Source: a virus (taxonomy: Duplodnaviria > Caudoviricetes). Taken from it: a DNA stretch of 43,795 nucleotides. Positions 35,759-43,232 of the stretch are shown here, piece by piece. The notes beneath the pieces were generated by a model. That model saw only the letters and a list, made by a program, of their open reading frames with translations. It did no database searches and was not told the DNA's origin. Within the stretch, counting starts at the first letter, position 1; each line of letters begins with the position of its first letter. Both the position numbers and the translations under genes were made by a program. Location of the stretch: IMG/VR virus record IMGVR_UViG_3300028585_000516, positions 1-43,795 of that record; one strand, 5' to 3'.

Positions 35759-36259
35759 CTAAAAGGGTGGCTCGTTGTTGTCCGGGGTGCCCCAGGAGCC
35801 GCCGCCGGAGGTTTGTCCTCCCCAGGGGTCCTGTGGCTGGTCGTTGCCCCAGCCGCCTCCACCGGTGCCAGCGAAGCCGCCCGTAGTGGACGCTCCCCCG
35901 CCGCTGTCGTTCTTGGGTGCCCACTTCGAGAGTGCGGGGCCGATGTCGTCCACCTGCATCTCTAGGCTCTTCCCTTCTTCGCCCTCCTTGGTCGTGAAGA
36001 AGCGGGTCTCGATCCGGCCCCAAGCGATGACCATCTGGCCCTTCTGGAGACGTTCGGCTGCCTGCTCTGCGTGGTATCCCCAGAGGGTCACGCGCAGGAA
36101 GGTGGCGCCGGTCTTCTGCCACCGGTCCTGCTGGTCTTTGCGCCCGTGGTCGACGGCGATGCTGAATGATGCCCGGGCCTTGTTGTTCTGTCCGAAGACG
36201 AGCTCTGGGTCGCTGGTGAGTCGGCCTGTGACTTTGGACTGGATGCTTGTGACGCTCAT
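35759..36259 (-). CDS. ssb: Single-stranded DNA-binding protein
   Basis: GRLT.DPEL, AE.L.KG..V, Gly-rich tail ending EPPF. Confidence 0.95.
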   Translation of the reverse strand: MSVTSIQSKVTGRLTSDPELVFGQNNKARASFSIAVDHGRKDQQDRWQKTGATFLRVTLWGYHAEQAAERLQKGQMVIAWGRIETRFFTTKEGEEGKSLEMQVDDIGPALSKWAPKNDSGGGASTTGGFAGTGGGGWGNDQPQDPWGGQTSGGGSWGTPDNNEPPF

Positions 36260-36537
36260 GCGGACACCCCCTCGTAGGTCGCGGTGAAAATACTGGGCTT
36301 GCACGGATAGAACTCGCCCTGCACGCCTCGAATGATCCAGTCGCCCCATGCTGCGTTCATGTCACCTTCGAGCGTGTGGATCGTGAGCCCGAATGGTCTG
36401 CGCTCTCCATCAATCTCGAAGTCGCGGAATCCGTGGCCCATCATCCATCCGGCGATCGCAGACAGGCTCAGGTCCCCTTGCACTTGCATCGCTTCGATCT
36501 CGACGGGCTTCTTACGGAACTTCTGTGGCTTACTCAT
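36256..36537 (-). CDS. Conserved small phage protein (RKKPV...GEFYPCKP family)
   Basis: FRKKPVEIEA, TLEG.M.A..GDWIIRGV.GEFYPCKP.IF..TYE. Confidence 0.85.
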   Translation of the reverse strand: MSKPQKFRKKPVEIEAMQVQGDLSLSAIAGWMMGHGFRDFEIDGERRPFGLTIHTLEGDMNAAWGDWIIRGVQGEFYPCKPSIFTATYEGVSA

Positions 36538-36556
36538 GGCTCCCCTTTCAGGGCAT

Positions 36557-36583
36557 AGAAAAAGCCCCGACTGTGCGGGGCCT
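36557..36583 (-). terminator. Intrinsic terminator
   Basis: GCCCCG/CGGGGC stem followed by TTTTTCT. Confidence 0.75.
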
Positions 36584-36602
36584 GATGGTGTGGGGTGGGT
36601 GG

Positions 36603-36965
36603 TCAGTGGGTGCGTGCTGGGTAGCGTGCGTCTAGTGCTTTCGACTCGGCGCGCCGGGCCTTCTCTCTGTGTGCATTGACGGCGCCGAGGTAGCGGACCA
36701 CGGTCTCGGCTTGCTCCTGCACCGCGGCCAGATACTTCGGGTCCTCTGGGTCGTAGGCGGGCCGGGGTTCATTCAGCAGCGACAGCGAGAATGCTTCCCA
36801 CACCTCGGGCACCTCGAGCTCTGCGATGAGCGCCTTTACCTTTCTCTGCATACGGGCCATCGCCTCGGCCAAGCGATCGAATGAAGCCTTAGCCTTCTTG
36901 GCGGAGGCCATGAATCCGGAGAAGTCAGGCATCACGTTCACATAGGCGGTGCTGATCTCAGCCAT
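36603..36965 (-). CDS. Hypothetical protein with tape-measure-like N-terminus
   Basis: MAEISTAYVNVMPDFSG; RBS AAGGAG; TGATG overlap. Confidence 0.7.
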   Translation of the reverse strand: MAEISTAYVNVMPDFSGFMASAKKAKASFDRLAEAMARMQRKVKALIAELEVPEVWEAFSLSLLNEPRPAYDPEDPKYLAAVQEQAETVVRYLGAVNAHREKARRAESKALDARYPARTH

Positions 36966-37093
36966 CACAGCTCCTTCCGGCTTGGCATGACGTTCAGTGA
37001 GGCGGTAAACCACACGCTGTCGAGGGTGATCCGGGCCTCCTCGGCTGGAAGGACGGTCACGCGGGACCCTGGGGTCGGGGCGAGAGTGGTCAT
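36965..37093 (-). CDS. 42-aa hypothetical protein
   Basis: ATGA and TGATG coupling at both ends. Confidence 0.55.
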   Translation of the reverse strand: MTTLAPTPGSRVTVLPAEEARITLDSVWFTASLNVMPSRKEL

Positions 37094-37692
37094 GAGGTCG
37101 GCTCCTCTGCTGCTGGTGCGTTGAGCTTGTCGATTGCGATCTTCAACTTGCCGGCCTCGTCCGCGGTGATCTCGCGGGGGTCGTTGAGGGTGCGCTCCAA
37201 CTGCTGGGATGCCCAGATGAGGGTCGCCCCGAAGTCGCCCTCAGACTTGGACATCAGGTACTCCCACTGGGCCTGCGTGATGGTCGCAGGGCGGGGCGCC
37301 TGCTCTTGGATTGGGTTGACTGTGACGGGCTTCGTCTTGCCCTGGGCGGCGCGTGCTTGGACGATGCGCCGCTGGTCGATGTGGGACAGGTGGCTGATCC
37401 TGATCCCACCGGGCGATTCCTTGCCGAACTTCACCGACATGTCGGCGTACAGGGTGACCTTGCGGCCCTTCCATTCGTTGGCCTCGTCTCCCCAGCATCC
37501 GACCAGCACGTCCAGGACTGATCCCGGCGGCCGCCAGACCCTGCCTTCCCCTTCCTTGAGGTGGATCTCGTAGGGCTGCTTGTGCCCGTTGTCCGGCTTC
37601 TCCTCCACCTTGGTGATGGTGAATGTGCGCGGACCGTCTGCCAGGTCTTCTGCGCTCCACTGTGTGGAATCGCGTTTGATTTTGATCTTCAT
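37090..37692 (-). CDS. Putative ssDNA-binding/annealing partner of the exonuclease
   Basis: W.G..VTLY.D..VKFG....GGIRISH motif; adjacent to YqaJ; function inferred from context. Confidence 0.6.
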   Translation of the reverse strand: MKIKIKRDSTQWSAEDLADGPRTFTITKVEEKPDNGHKQPYEIHLKEGEGRVWRPPGSVLDVLVGCWGDEANEWKGRKVTLYADMSVKFGKESPGGIRISHLSHIDQRRIVQARAAQGKTKPVTVNPIQEQAPRPATITQAQWEYLMSKSEGDFGATLIWASQQLERTLNDPREITADEAGKLKIAIDKLNAPAAEEPTS

Positions 37693-37710
37693 CTCCTGCC
37701 CTTTCTGGTG

Positions 37711-38397
37711 CTACAACTTGAGTCGGATGGGTGCGTCGAAGTCGATCCGCGGGGCGACGGGCATCCCCTCGCCGGCCTCGCGGTAGGCGTCGGTCAGGCG
37801 CTGAGCCTCGGTCTTGAAGTGGCGCGCCGCGGTGGCGATGGCCTCCTGCCAGGCTGGGTCTGGGTAGACCCGCTGGATGTAGAGCGGGTGGCCGCCGCAG
37901 TAGGAGACGAAGTCCATCCACTTGCGATCCGAGGTGAAGAGGCCGGTCTGGATCTGGGCCATGTACTTGCTGGGCACACGGTCTTCGATCATGGTCTGCA
38001 CGTGGGACTTAGCCCGTGGCGCCTTGATCTCTATGGCGCCTTCGTCTTCCACCAGCCCGTCAGGTGACCAGCCGATTCTCAGGTCGTCCTCTTCGCGCAG
38101 GATGAAGCCGATCTCCTCCACCTCGACCCCCATGTGCCGGGAGTAGAGGTCGCGGGCGTATGGCTCCGACATGGTTCCGCGCTCCATGTCCGCGCTGGTG
38201 AAGTTCTCCTCCACGTAGCCGGTGATCTGCTCGGCCACCAGGTGAGCGATGAGGGCACGAGACGTGTCGTTCTTCGCCACCTTGAGCGTCGAGGAGGTGA
38301 TGAGCTGGCCGGCCACGCTCGCGGTGAGGACACCGGCGCGTACCTGCAGCCATTCATCCGTACCTTGGATGAGATCTCGGTAGGGAGTGATGGTCAT
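37711..38397 (-). CDS. YqaJ / lambda-exonuclease-like recombinase
   Basis: QGT.EWL..R.G.LTAS, SPDGL, IEIK, Y..QIQ motifs. Confidence 0.92.
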   Translation of the reverse strand: MTITPYRDLIQGTDEWLQVRAGVLTASVAGQLITSSTLKVAKNDTSRALIAHLVAEQITGYVEENFTSADMERGTMSEPYARDLYSRHMGVEVEEIGFILREEDDLRIGWSPDGLVEDEGAIEIKAPRAKSHVQTMIEDRVPSKYMAQIQTGLFTSDRKWMDFVSYCGGHPLYIQRVYPDPAWQEAIATAARHFKTEAQRLTDAYREAGEGMPVAPRIDFDAPIRLKL

Positions 38398-38828
38398 GCG
38401 CGCACCTCGGCCTGCTCGACACGGATGTCGAACCCGTACCCGTAGTAGAAGGGGTTGCCCGAAGACCACCCGACCTGCAGCTCGAGAACGTCACCGGCAT
38501 CCGCGTAGATGTGCCAGTGCTCATATCCGCCCGCCGTGCGGACACCGGTGATGATGTGGTCGACGCTCGGCAGGTGCTCGGTGATGCCCTCCAGCTCGGT
38601 GTATGCGCAGCAGTCGTCCGTGTCGGCGAGGGTGACTTCGCGCCCGTCGTCCAGCGTGAGTGCAAGCACTTCACGTGTCGTTTTCATCCAGGTGCCAACC
38701 TCGCGTTCGGCCTTCTCTGCCTTCACGATTCGGTGTCCGATGACGTTCTCAGCGAGCGTCTTGACGTTCTCCGGCATGGTGCCGTCGTCTGCATCCGTGG
38801 GGTCGAAACCCTGCTCTTCGTAGTTCAT
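38394..38828 (-). CDS. Hypothetical phage protein
   Basis: DCCAY and GNPFYYGYG motifs. Confidence 0.75.
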   Translation of the reverse strand: MNYEEQGFDPTDADDGTMPENVKTLAENVIGHRIVKAEKAEREVGTWMKTTREVLALTLDDGREVTLADTDDCCAYTELEGITEHLPSVDHIITGVRTAGGYEHWHIYADAGDVLELQVGWSSGNPFYYGYGFDIRVEQAEVRA

Positions 38829-38853
38829 GGTGTGCTCTCTCTCGGGGTGGGGT

Positions 38854-39030
38854 TCAGCGTGTGGGGTGGGGTTCGGTGAGTTCCGCGACGATGGCGCAAC
38901 CCACACAGGTGATGGGGATGAGGGTCCAGAGGCCCGCGTAGAACGGGATCTGGGCAAAAAGAATGGCCCCCACTGCGAGGAGTGGAAGCCATAGGAGAAG
39001 CAGGCGGCGAAGGTGGAAGGGCGGGCTCAT
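38854..39030 (-). CDS. 58-aa two-TM membrane protein (below the ORF-track cutoff)
   Basis: MSPPFHLRRLLLLWLPLLAVGAILF...; TGATG overlap. Confidence 0.6.
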   Translation of the reverse strand: MSPPFHLRRLLLLWLPLLAVGAILFAQIPFYAGLWTLIPITCVGCAIVAELTEPHPTR

Positions 39031-39290
39031 CAGAAGTCGTCCTCTCCGAAGGCGTATTCACCCTCATATCCGTCGCGGCCGAAGCGTTCTTCGGGAGACT
39101 TCGCGCCGACGTTGTACTTGTCGTAGTAGCCGGTCTTGTTGCGAACCTTGGCGCGGCGCTTGCCCTCAGCGGACCGAACGGGCCACTTCGCTACACGGTG
39201 GCCCTCCTCGGATCGATGCGTGCTAGCCGCGTTCTCTCCGATTAGCCGGGGGTTGCAGCCGGCAGTCAGGCATCGCCAGCGCTCACTCAT
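39030..39290 (-). CDS. Hypothetical protein
   Basis: ATGA overlap. Confidence 0.7.
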   Translation of the reverse strand: MSERWRCLTAGCNPRLIGENAASTHRSEEGHRVAKWPVRSAEGKRRAKVRNKTGYYDKYNVGAKSPEERFGRDGYEGEYAFGEDDF

Positions 39291-39616
39291 GCCACGTCCC
39301 TTTCTTGTTCCCAGCGGCTTTCGGCCAGGCTGTCTGCGCGGTCGCCGTCGTGGTCTCGTGGGCAGTCCCCGTCGCAGTCATCGGGTCCGTGCTCGTCGGG
39401 CCAGCGTTTCTGCCAGTCGATGAGCGCAGCTTCGAGCTCCCGGATCTTGACCAGCACGCCGTCTGATTTCTCAGTGAGGATGGACGCCTCGTGGTGTGCG
39501 AGGTCGCGGTCCTCTGTGATGGCTTCCTTGTGTGCGGCGATCACTTGGTTTCGGAGATCCTGCAGCTCGGCGCGGGCAGTGTTCGCCGCGTCCGTGGTCT
39601 CGATATAGCGGGTCAT
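39287..39616 (-). CDS. Hypothetical coiled-coil protein
   Basis: RBS AAGGAG. Confidence 0.7.
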   Translation of the reverse strand: MTRYIETTDAANTARAELQDLRNQVIAAHKEAITEDRDLAHHEASILTEKSDGVLVKIRELEAALIDWQKRWPDEHGPDDCDGDCPRDHDGDRADSLAESRWEQERDVA

Positions 39617-39705
39617 GCCGTCAGCTCCTTGGGCGCTTGGCCGCATATCTTGCATGGGGTGCGACCGATTAGTGGGTGCAGTAGGGCGCAAATCAGATGG
39701 CTCAT
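39613..39705 (-). CDS. 30-aa peptide (CxxC)
   Basis: ATGA overlaps at both ends, RBS GAGGAG. Confidence 0.45.
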   Translation of the reverse strand: MSHLICALLHPLIGRTPCKICGQAPKELTA

Positions 39706-40010
39706 GAGGTGGGCTCCTCTGCTCGCTTGAATCCCAGGGCGGTCATGGCGGCGTCGGCCTGGCGGAGTGAAGTCAGGTGTACGTCGACATCGAGGATGTT
39801 GTGGTCGATCTGGCAGCGAATCTCTCGGGCGGTTTCATTCCGCTGCGCCTCCCACTGGTCGGCGGTGAGATGGAAGACCTCATCTGCGCCCGTCTTATAC
39901 GCGGTCCGTAAACCGAGGTTCTTGCTCAGCACATCGGGATCGTCACTGTTGATCTCCAGTGGATACCAGTGCGCGACCCGGTCCTGGATCTGCTCTTTTC
40001 GTGTGCTCAT
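39702..40010 (-). CDS. Hypothetical protein
   Basis: RBS AGGAG, ATGA overlap. Confidence 0.7.
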   Translation of the reverse strand: MSTRKEQIQDRVAHWYPLEINSDDPDVLSKNLGLRTAYKTGADEVFHLTADQWEAQRNETAREIRCQIDHNILDVDVHLTSLRQADAAMTALGFKRAEEPTS

Positions 40011-40261
40011 CGTGTGGCTCCTGTCATTACGTTGGTGGTGGCCTGTTCCCCTGTTGGGTCCGGGTAGCCGATTGCTGCGACGAGCTGCTCTGGGGTCATG
40101 CGGATCAGTGCCCCCATATGGCGGTTGATGAATGAACCGGTGAGGTGTGGGTAGTTCTCGGCCAGCAGTGACTCTCGTGCTAGTCCGTTTGGCTGGTCTT
40201 GCAGGTCGTAGAGGAAGTCCTCGACGTGTTCGAGGGCGCGTTCTCGGGGTCTGGTTGGCAT
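40007..40261 (-). CDS. Hypothetical protein
   Basis: IGYPDPTGEQA motif; RBS AGGAG. Confidence 0.7.
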   Translation of the reverse strand: MPTRPRERALEHVEDFLYDLQDQPNGLARESLLAENYPHLTGSFINRHMGALIRMTPEQLVAAIGYPDPTGEQATTNVMTGATR

Positions 40262-40389
40262 GTGGGTACACGTCTCCTATCTCACGTGCGCTACACCTAG
40301 CGTCACGGCCTGCGTCCGGGGACAGGCGATCTACGGACTGGGGGGTGGGGGTGTGCCAGTGCCCGGCTGGCAGTTATGGGGCGGGGTGT

Positions 40390-40617
40390 TCAGGAGGCGA
40401 GTGCTTTGGCGAGCCATTCGCGGCTGCGGGGAACGTACTTCCCTGCCCGTCGTCGGCGGTGTTCTTCGATCGCCTCGGAGGGGATACGCCACGGGGATTG
40501 CTTCTTCTCCCGGAGACGGTATGCGCCGCGGAGTTCCCCGTCTGCGCACATTTTGCGGATGGTCGCGGGGGTGGTGTTGAGTGCTTCGGCGCCTTCGGAT
40601 GCAGTCAGGTCGGTCAT
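40390..40617 (-). CDS. Excisionase-like HTH protein
   Basis: LT..E.AE.L.....TIR....GEL.....WRIP motif. Confidence 0.8.
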   Translation of the reverse strand: MTDLTASEGAEALNTTPATIRKMCADGELRGAYRLREKKQSPWRIPSEAIEEHRRRRAGKYVPRSREWLAKALAS

Positions 40618-40898
40618 GGTTGCGCTGCCTTCCAGACGCGGATGACACCGCCGCGTCGCGATTTGGTGTGCGAGAGGGTGAAGCCTTCCTGGGTGATTGC
40701 GCCCCTGTTGTGGGCTGCCCGGAATGCGATCCCGATCCAGTTGCAGTGCTCGGGCTCACCGATCATGCGACGGAGGTCTTCGGCGGTGAACGTCTGGCCT
40801 GTGCGCTGGTAACGGACAACCAGTGCGTCGATGGCGGTGTGCGCGTCGTACATCCAATCCCGCTTCGGATCGACGCTGAGGACAGCCGGGGCGCTCAT
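40614..40898 (-). CDS. Hypothetical protein
   Basis: FTAEDLR...P.H.NWIG..F motif; ATGA overlaps. Confidence 0.75.
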   Translation of the reverse strand: MSAPAVLSVDPKRDWMYDAHTAIDALVVRYQRTGQTFTAEDLRRMIGEPEHCNWIGIAFRAAHNRGAITQEGFTLSHTKSRRGGVIRVWKAAQP

Positions 40899-41248
40899 GA
40901 GCTGGCCCTCTCGAGTGTTGTGATGGTCAGGCAGGGCCAGGCCGAGGTGGAGTATCCGACATCCAAGATGTGCTCGCCGTCATCCGGGCCTTCCTCCACG
41001 CGCTTACACTCTTCGCAGAGGTCGAACGTGGTGAGTAGCGCGGGGTCCATGTCGTCGTCATAGTCGAGAGCCTGTTCGCGGCTGTTCCAAGACACCTCGG
41101 GGTTCGACTCGTGGATCCAGCGCGTCTCTTTGCGATGCAACTCGAGCACCGCATCCACCTGCTTCTGAGCTTCCTGGGCGTTCGCCTCCCACTCGCCGCG
41201 TTCACGCTTCGTGAGGGCAAGGTTGCTACGCAGGTCGTCGGCACTCAT
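40895..41248 (-). CDS. Hypothetical protein
   Basis: V.ELH...C.EC...WPC.T motif. Confidence 0.75.
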   Translation of the reverse strand: MSADDLRSNLALTKRERGEWEANAQEAQKQVDAVLELHRKETRWIHESNPEVSWNSREQALDYDDDMDPALLTTFDLCEECKRVEEGPDDGEHILDVGYSTSAWPCLTITTLERASS

Positions 41249-41808
41249 TACGCCACCGCCTTGGACTGCTCGGCCATATGGTGCCATTCGGAGAGCTTGA
41301 CCTCTTCCCAGAGGCCCAGGTCTATGTCGCCGACGATGACGCCGCCAGCGTTCGGCGCGAAGGGACGGATCTTCCCGCCTTCCAATGGGATGGTCAGGTA
41401 GGCGTACCAGTCGCTCCCGACCTGCTTGATCTGCCAGGGCTGCATGTACCCGTCGCCGAAGATCATCTCGTCCAACCCTGGTGGCTGGTGGCGCTTATAG
41501 GAGTGCTTGGCGAACTCTTTGTCGATGGCCTTGCCTTCTGCGGTGCGCTTTGCTGGCATCATGGCCCGCGTCTTGGAGTCTCGGCGGAACCCTGGCGCCG
41601 GCTCGTCGTTCCAGTTGACCGGCATGTAGCCCGTGATGCGGATCGACAGTGGCATGGCGTTCCAGACTGCGATGTCCTTGCCGTATCGATCCTGCATGGA
41701 CTCGAGATATCGGCAATAGCTCGCCCAGCGCTTGGCACGGTCCTGCTCCCATTCCTCCACGAGTTCAGGCTGCTTTGCTTTGAAGACGATCGTTGGCTGC
41801 TTGCTCAT
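41248..41808 (-). CDS. Hypothetical protein
   Basis: Coupled early operon gene. Confidence 0.75.
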   Translation of the reverse strand: MSKQPTIVFKAKQPELVEEWEQDRAKRWASYCRYLESMQDRYGKDIAVWNAMPLSIRITGYMPVNWNDEPAPGFRRDSKTRAMMPAKRTAEGKAIDKEFAKHSYKRHQPPGLDEMIFGDGYMQPWQIKQVGSDWYAYLTIPLEGGKIRPFAPNAGGVIVGDIDLGLWEEVKLSEWHHMAEQSKAVA

Positions 41809-42122
41809 GCCTTGACTTCCTTGTGTGTTGTGTAGCGCTCGACTGTATATAGATCGTCAGCAAAGAGCCGACTCCACTTCTTGATGCCTAAAATTTTCAA
41901 AAGGGCAGCGGCGACGTCGCGTCGCACCGTCACCTGGTCCCCATTTGCGAGGTTGTTGAGGGTGGACTTGCTCGCGCCAAGCTCCGGTCGACGATTCTTT
42001 CGAAGCTCTCTGCGCAATTCATCAGACAGGGTGCGATAGCTGTAACCCTGATCCTCAACCAGTTCCGCGAATCGGTCAGCGCTCTTCAATCGCACCTCCC
42101 GAACTTCTACTTTTTTGATCAC
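41805..42122 (-). CDS. Cro-like HTH regulator
   Basis: SYRTL...SKSTLNNLANG; divergent from the repressor; RBS AAGGAG. Confidence 0.8.
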   Translation of the reverse strand: MIKKVEVREVRLKSADRFAELVEDQGYSYRTLSDELRRELRKNRRPELGASKSTLNNLANGDQVTVRRDVAAALLKILGIKKWSRLFADDLYTVERYTTHKEVKA

Positions 42123-42140
42123 CCTTAGCTCCTTTCCCTG

Positions 42141-42293
42141 TGTCCAGCGTTGCTCACAACTGTATACGCAACTGGACGCAGTTGTCCAGACCTTTGGAAA
42201 GATATTTCCGCACCAGTTAAGGAACTGCCGTAATCACAGGCATGTAACTTCTGGACACCCAGGTAACCTAGTGGCTTGCCAGAAGGTGTCCAG
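42141..42293. promoter_or_regulatory. Genetic switch region: divergent promoters and CTGGAC/GTCCAG operator repeats
   Basis: Five half-sites; CTGGAC-N6-GTCCAG at 42172-42189; CTGGACACC...GGTGTCCAG at 42251-42293; minus-strand TGGACA-N18-TACAGT. Confidence 0.65.
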
Positions 42294-42311
42294 CCAGCAG
42301 AAGGTTGCGGA

Positions 42312-42836
42312 GTGACAGACAAGCTCACGAGCCGTTTACGACAGGCTCTAGTGAGGGCCGGTTATACGGACTCCCGAAACGGGAACCCGTCCATTCGAGC
42401 TCTCTCTATAGACCTGGGTCTCAACAACTCCAGGGTCTCTCGCTACTTCTTCCACGGAAGCAAGATGCAGCTGGACGCACGCAAGCAGATAGCCGAGTCC
42501 CTCGGGATGGAGCTATCCGAACTGGACTCAGAAGTTTCCGAAACTCGGGTGGATAGCTACTCCCCCCCGAAAGAGGCAAACCTTCTAACTCCTCGCGAAC
42601 GTCGTCTAGTCAATGACCTCATCCATGTACTAGCAACACGACGCACAGAAGACGAGGAGGTGACCGGCAATGACAACCCGGCCCCCATAGCTAAACCGGA
42701 CGACAAGGTTGCGCAATTGCGACCTGAGCGTCCGGTGACACGGAAGTTCACCCCTCGCTGGGAACGAGATGAAGACGCAGCCAGCGAGGGCGAGAAGGGT
42801 ATCGGCGTCGGCGAGATCCCCGACGAAAGTACCTAA
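42312..42836 (+). CDS. Immunity repressor (XRE-like HTH)
   Basis: SIRALSIDLGLNNSRVSRY HTH; LTPRER.LV..LI second domain; GTG start. Confidence 0.8.
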   Translation: MTDKLTSRLRQALVRAGYTDSRNGNPSIRALSIDLGLNNSRVSRYFFHGSKMQLDARKQIAESLGMELSELDSEVSETRVDSYSPPKEANLLTPRERRLVNDLIHVLATRRTEDEEVTGNDNPAPIAKPDDKVAQLRPERPVTRKFTPRWERDEDAASEGEKGIGVGEIPDEST

Positions 42837-42839
42837 CCA

Positions 42840-42861
42840 TGTCCATGCCAGGCACTACGGT
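42840..42861 (+). promoter_or_regulatory. PafBC/RecA-NDp-like DNA-damage promoter for the protease gene
   Basis: TGTCCA-N10-TACGGT, 8 nt before the ATG, no RBS. Confidence 0.45.
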
Positions 42862-42869
42862 TGTGTGGC

Positions 42870-43232
42870 ATGGACCTCGAAGACATCGCACACGCGCTCG
42901 GCGTGCGAGTGGTCAGCAAGATCCCATCCGGTCAGCGGTGGGGCTCGTACTGCCACCGGACCCGAACTATTCGTCTACACCCAGAAATCGCGGCACTCCA
43001 GCGGCAGTACGTGCTTGCTCACGAGATCGGGCACCACTACTACGGGCACACCGGATGTGACCCACGCTGGGAGTGGGAAGCTGACGTGTACGCCGCTACC
43101 ATGCTCATACGCCGGGATGACTGGCGGAGAGCCACTCAGATTCACGACCGTGTAGAAGCAGTCGCAATGGAACTATCTGTGCTCCCGAAAGTAGTGCGGA
43201 TCTATCATTCACACTTGGAGGCATCATGTTAG
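42870..43232 (+). CDS. ImmA/IrrE family metallo-endopeptidase (anti-repressor)
   Basis: LAHEIGHH...EWEAD.YAA.MLI. Confidence 0.9.
   Translation: MDLEDIAHALGVRVVSKIPSGQRWGSYCHRTRTIRLHPEIAALQRQYVLAHEIGHHYYGHTGCDPRWEWEADVYAATMLIRRDDWRRATQIHDRVEAVAMELSVLPKVVRIYHSHLEASC

Noticed and set aside
30069-42122. Many early proteins ending in -A, -AA or -VA as ssrA-like degrons
   Set aside because: Largely explained by GCATGA-type stop/start overlaps
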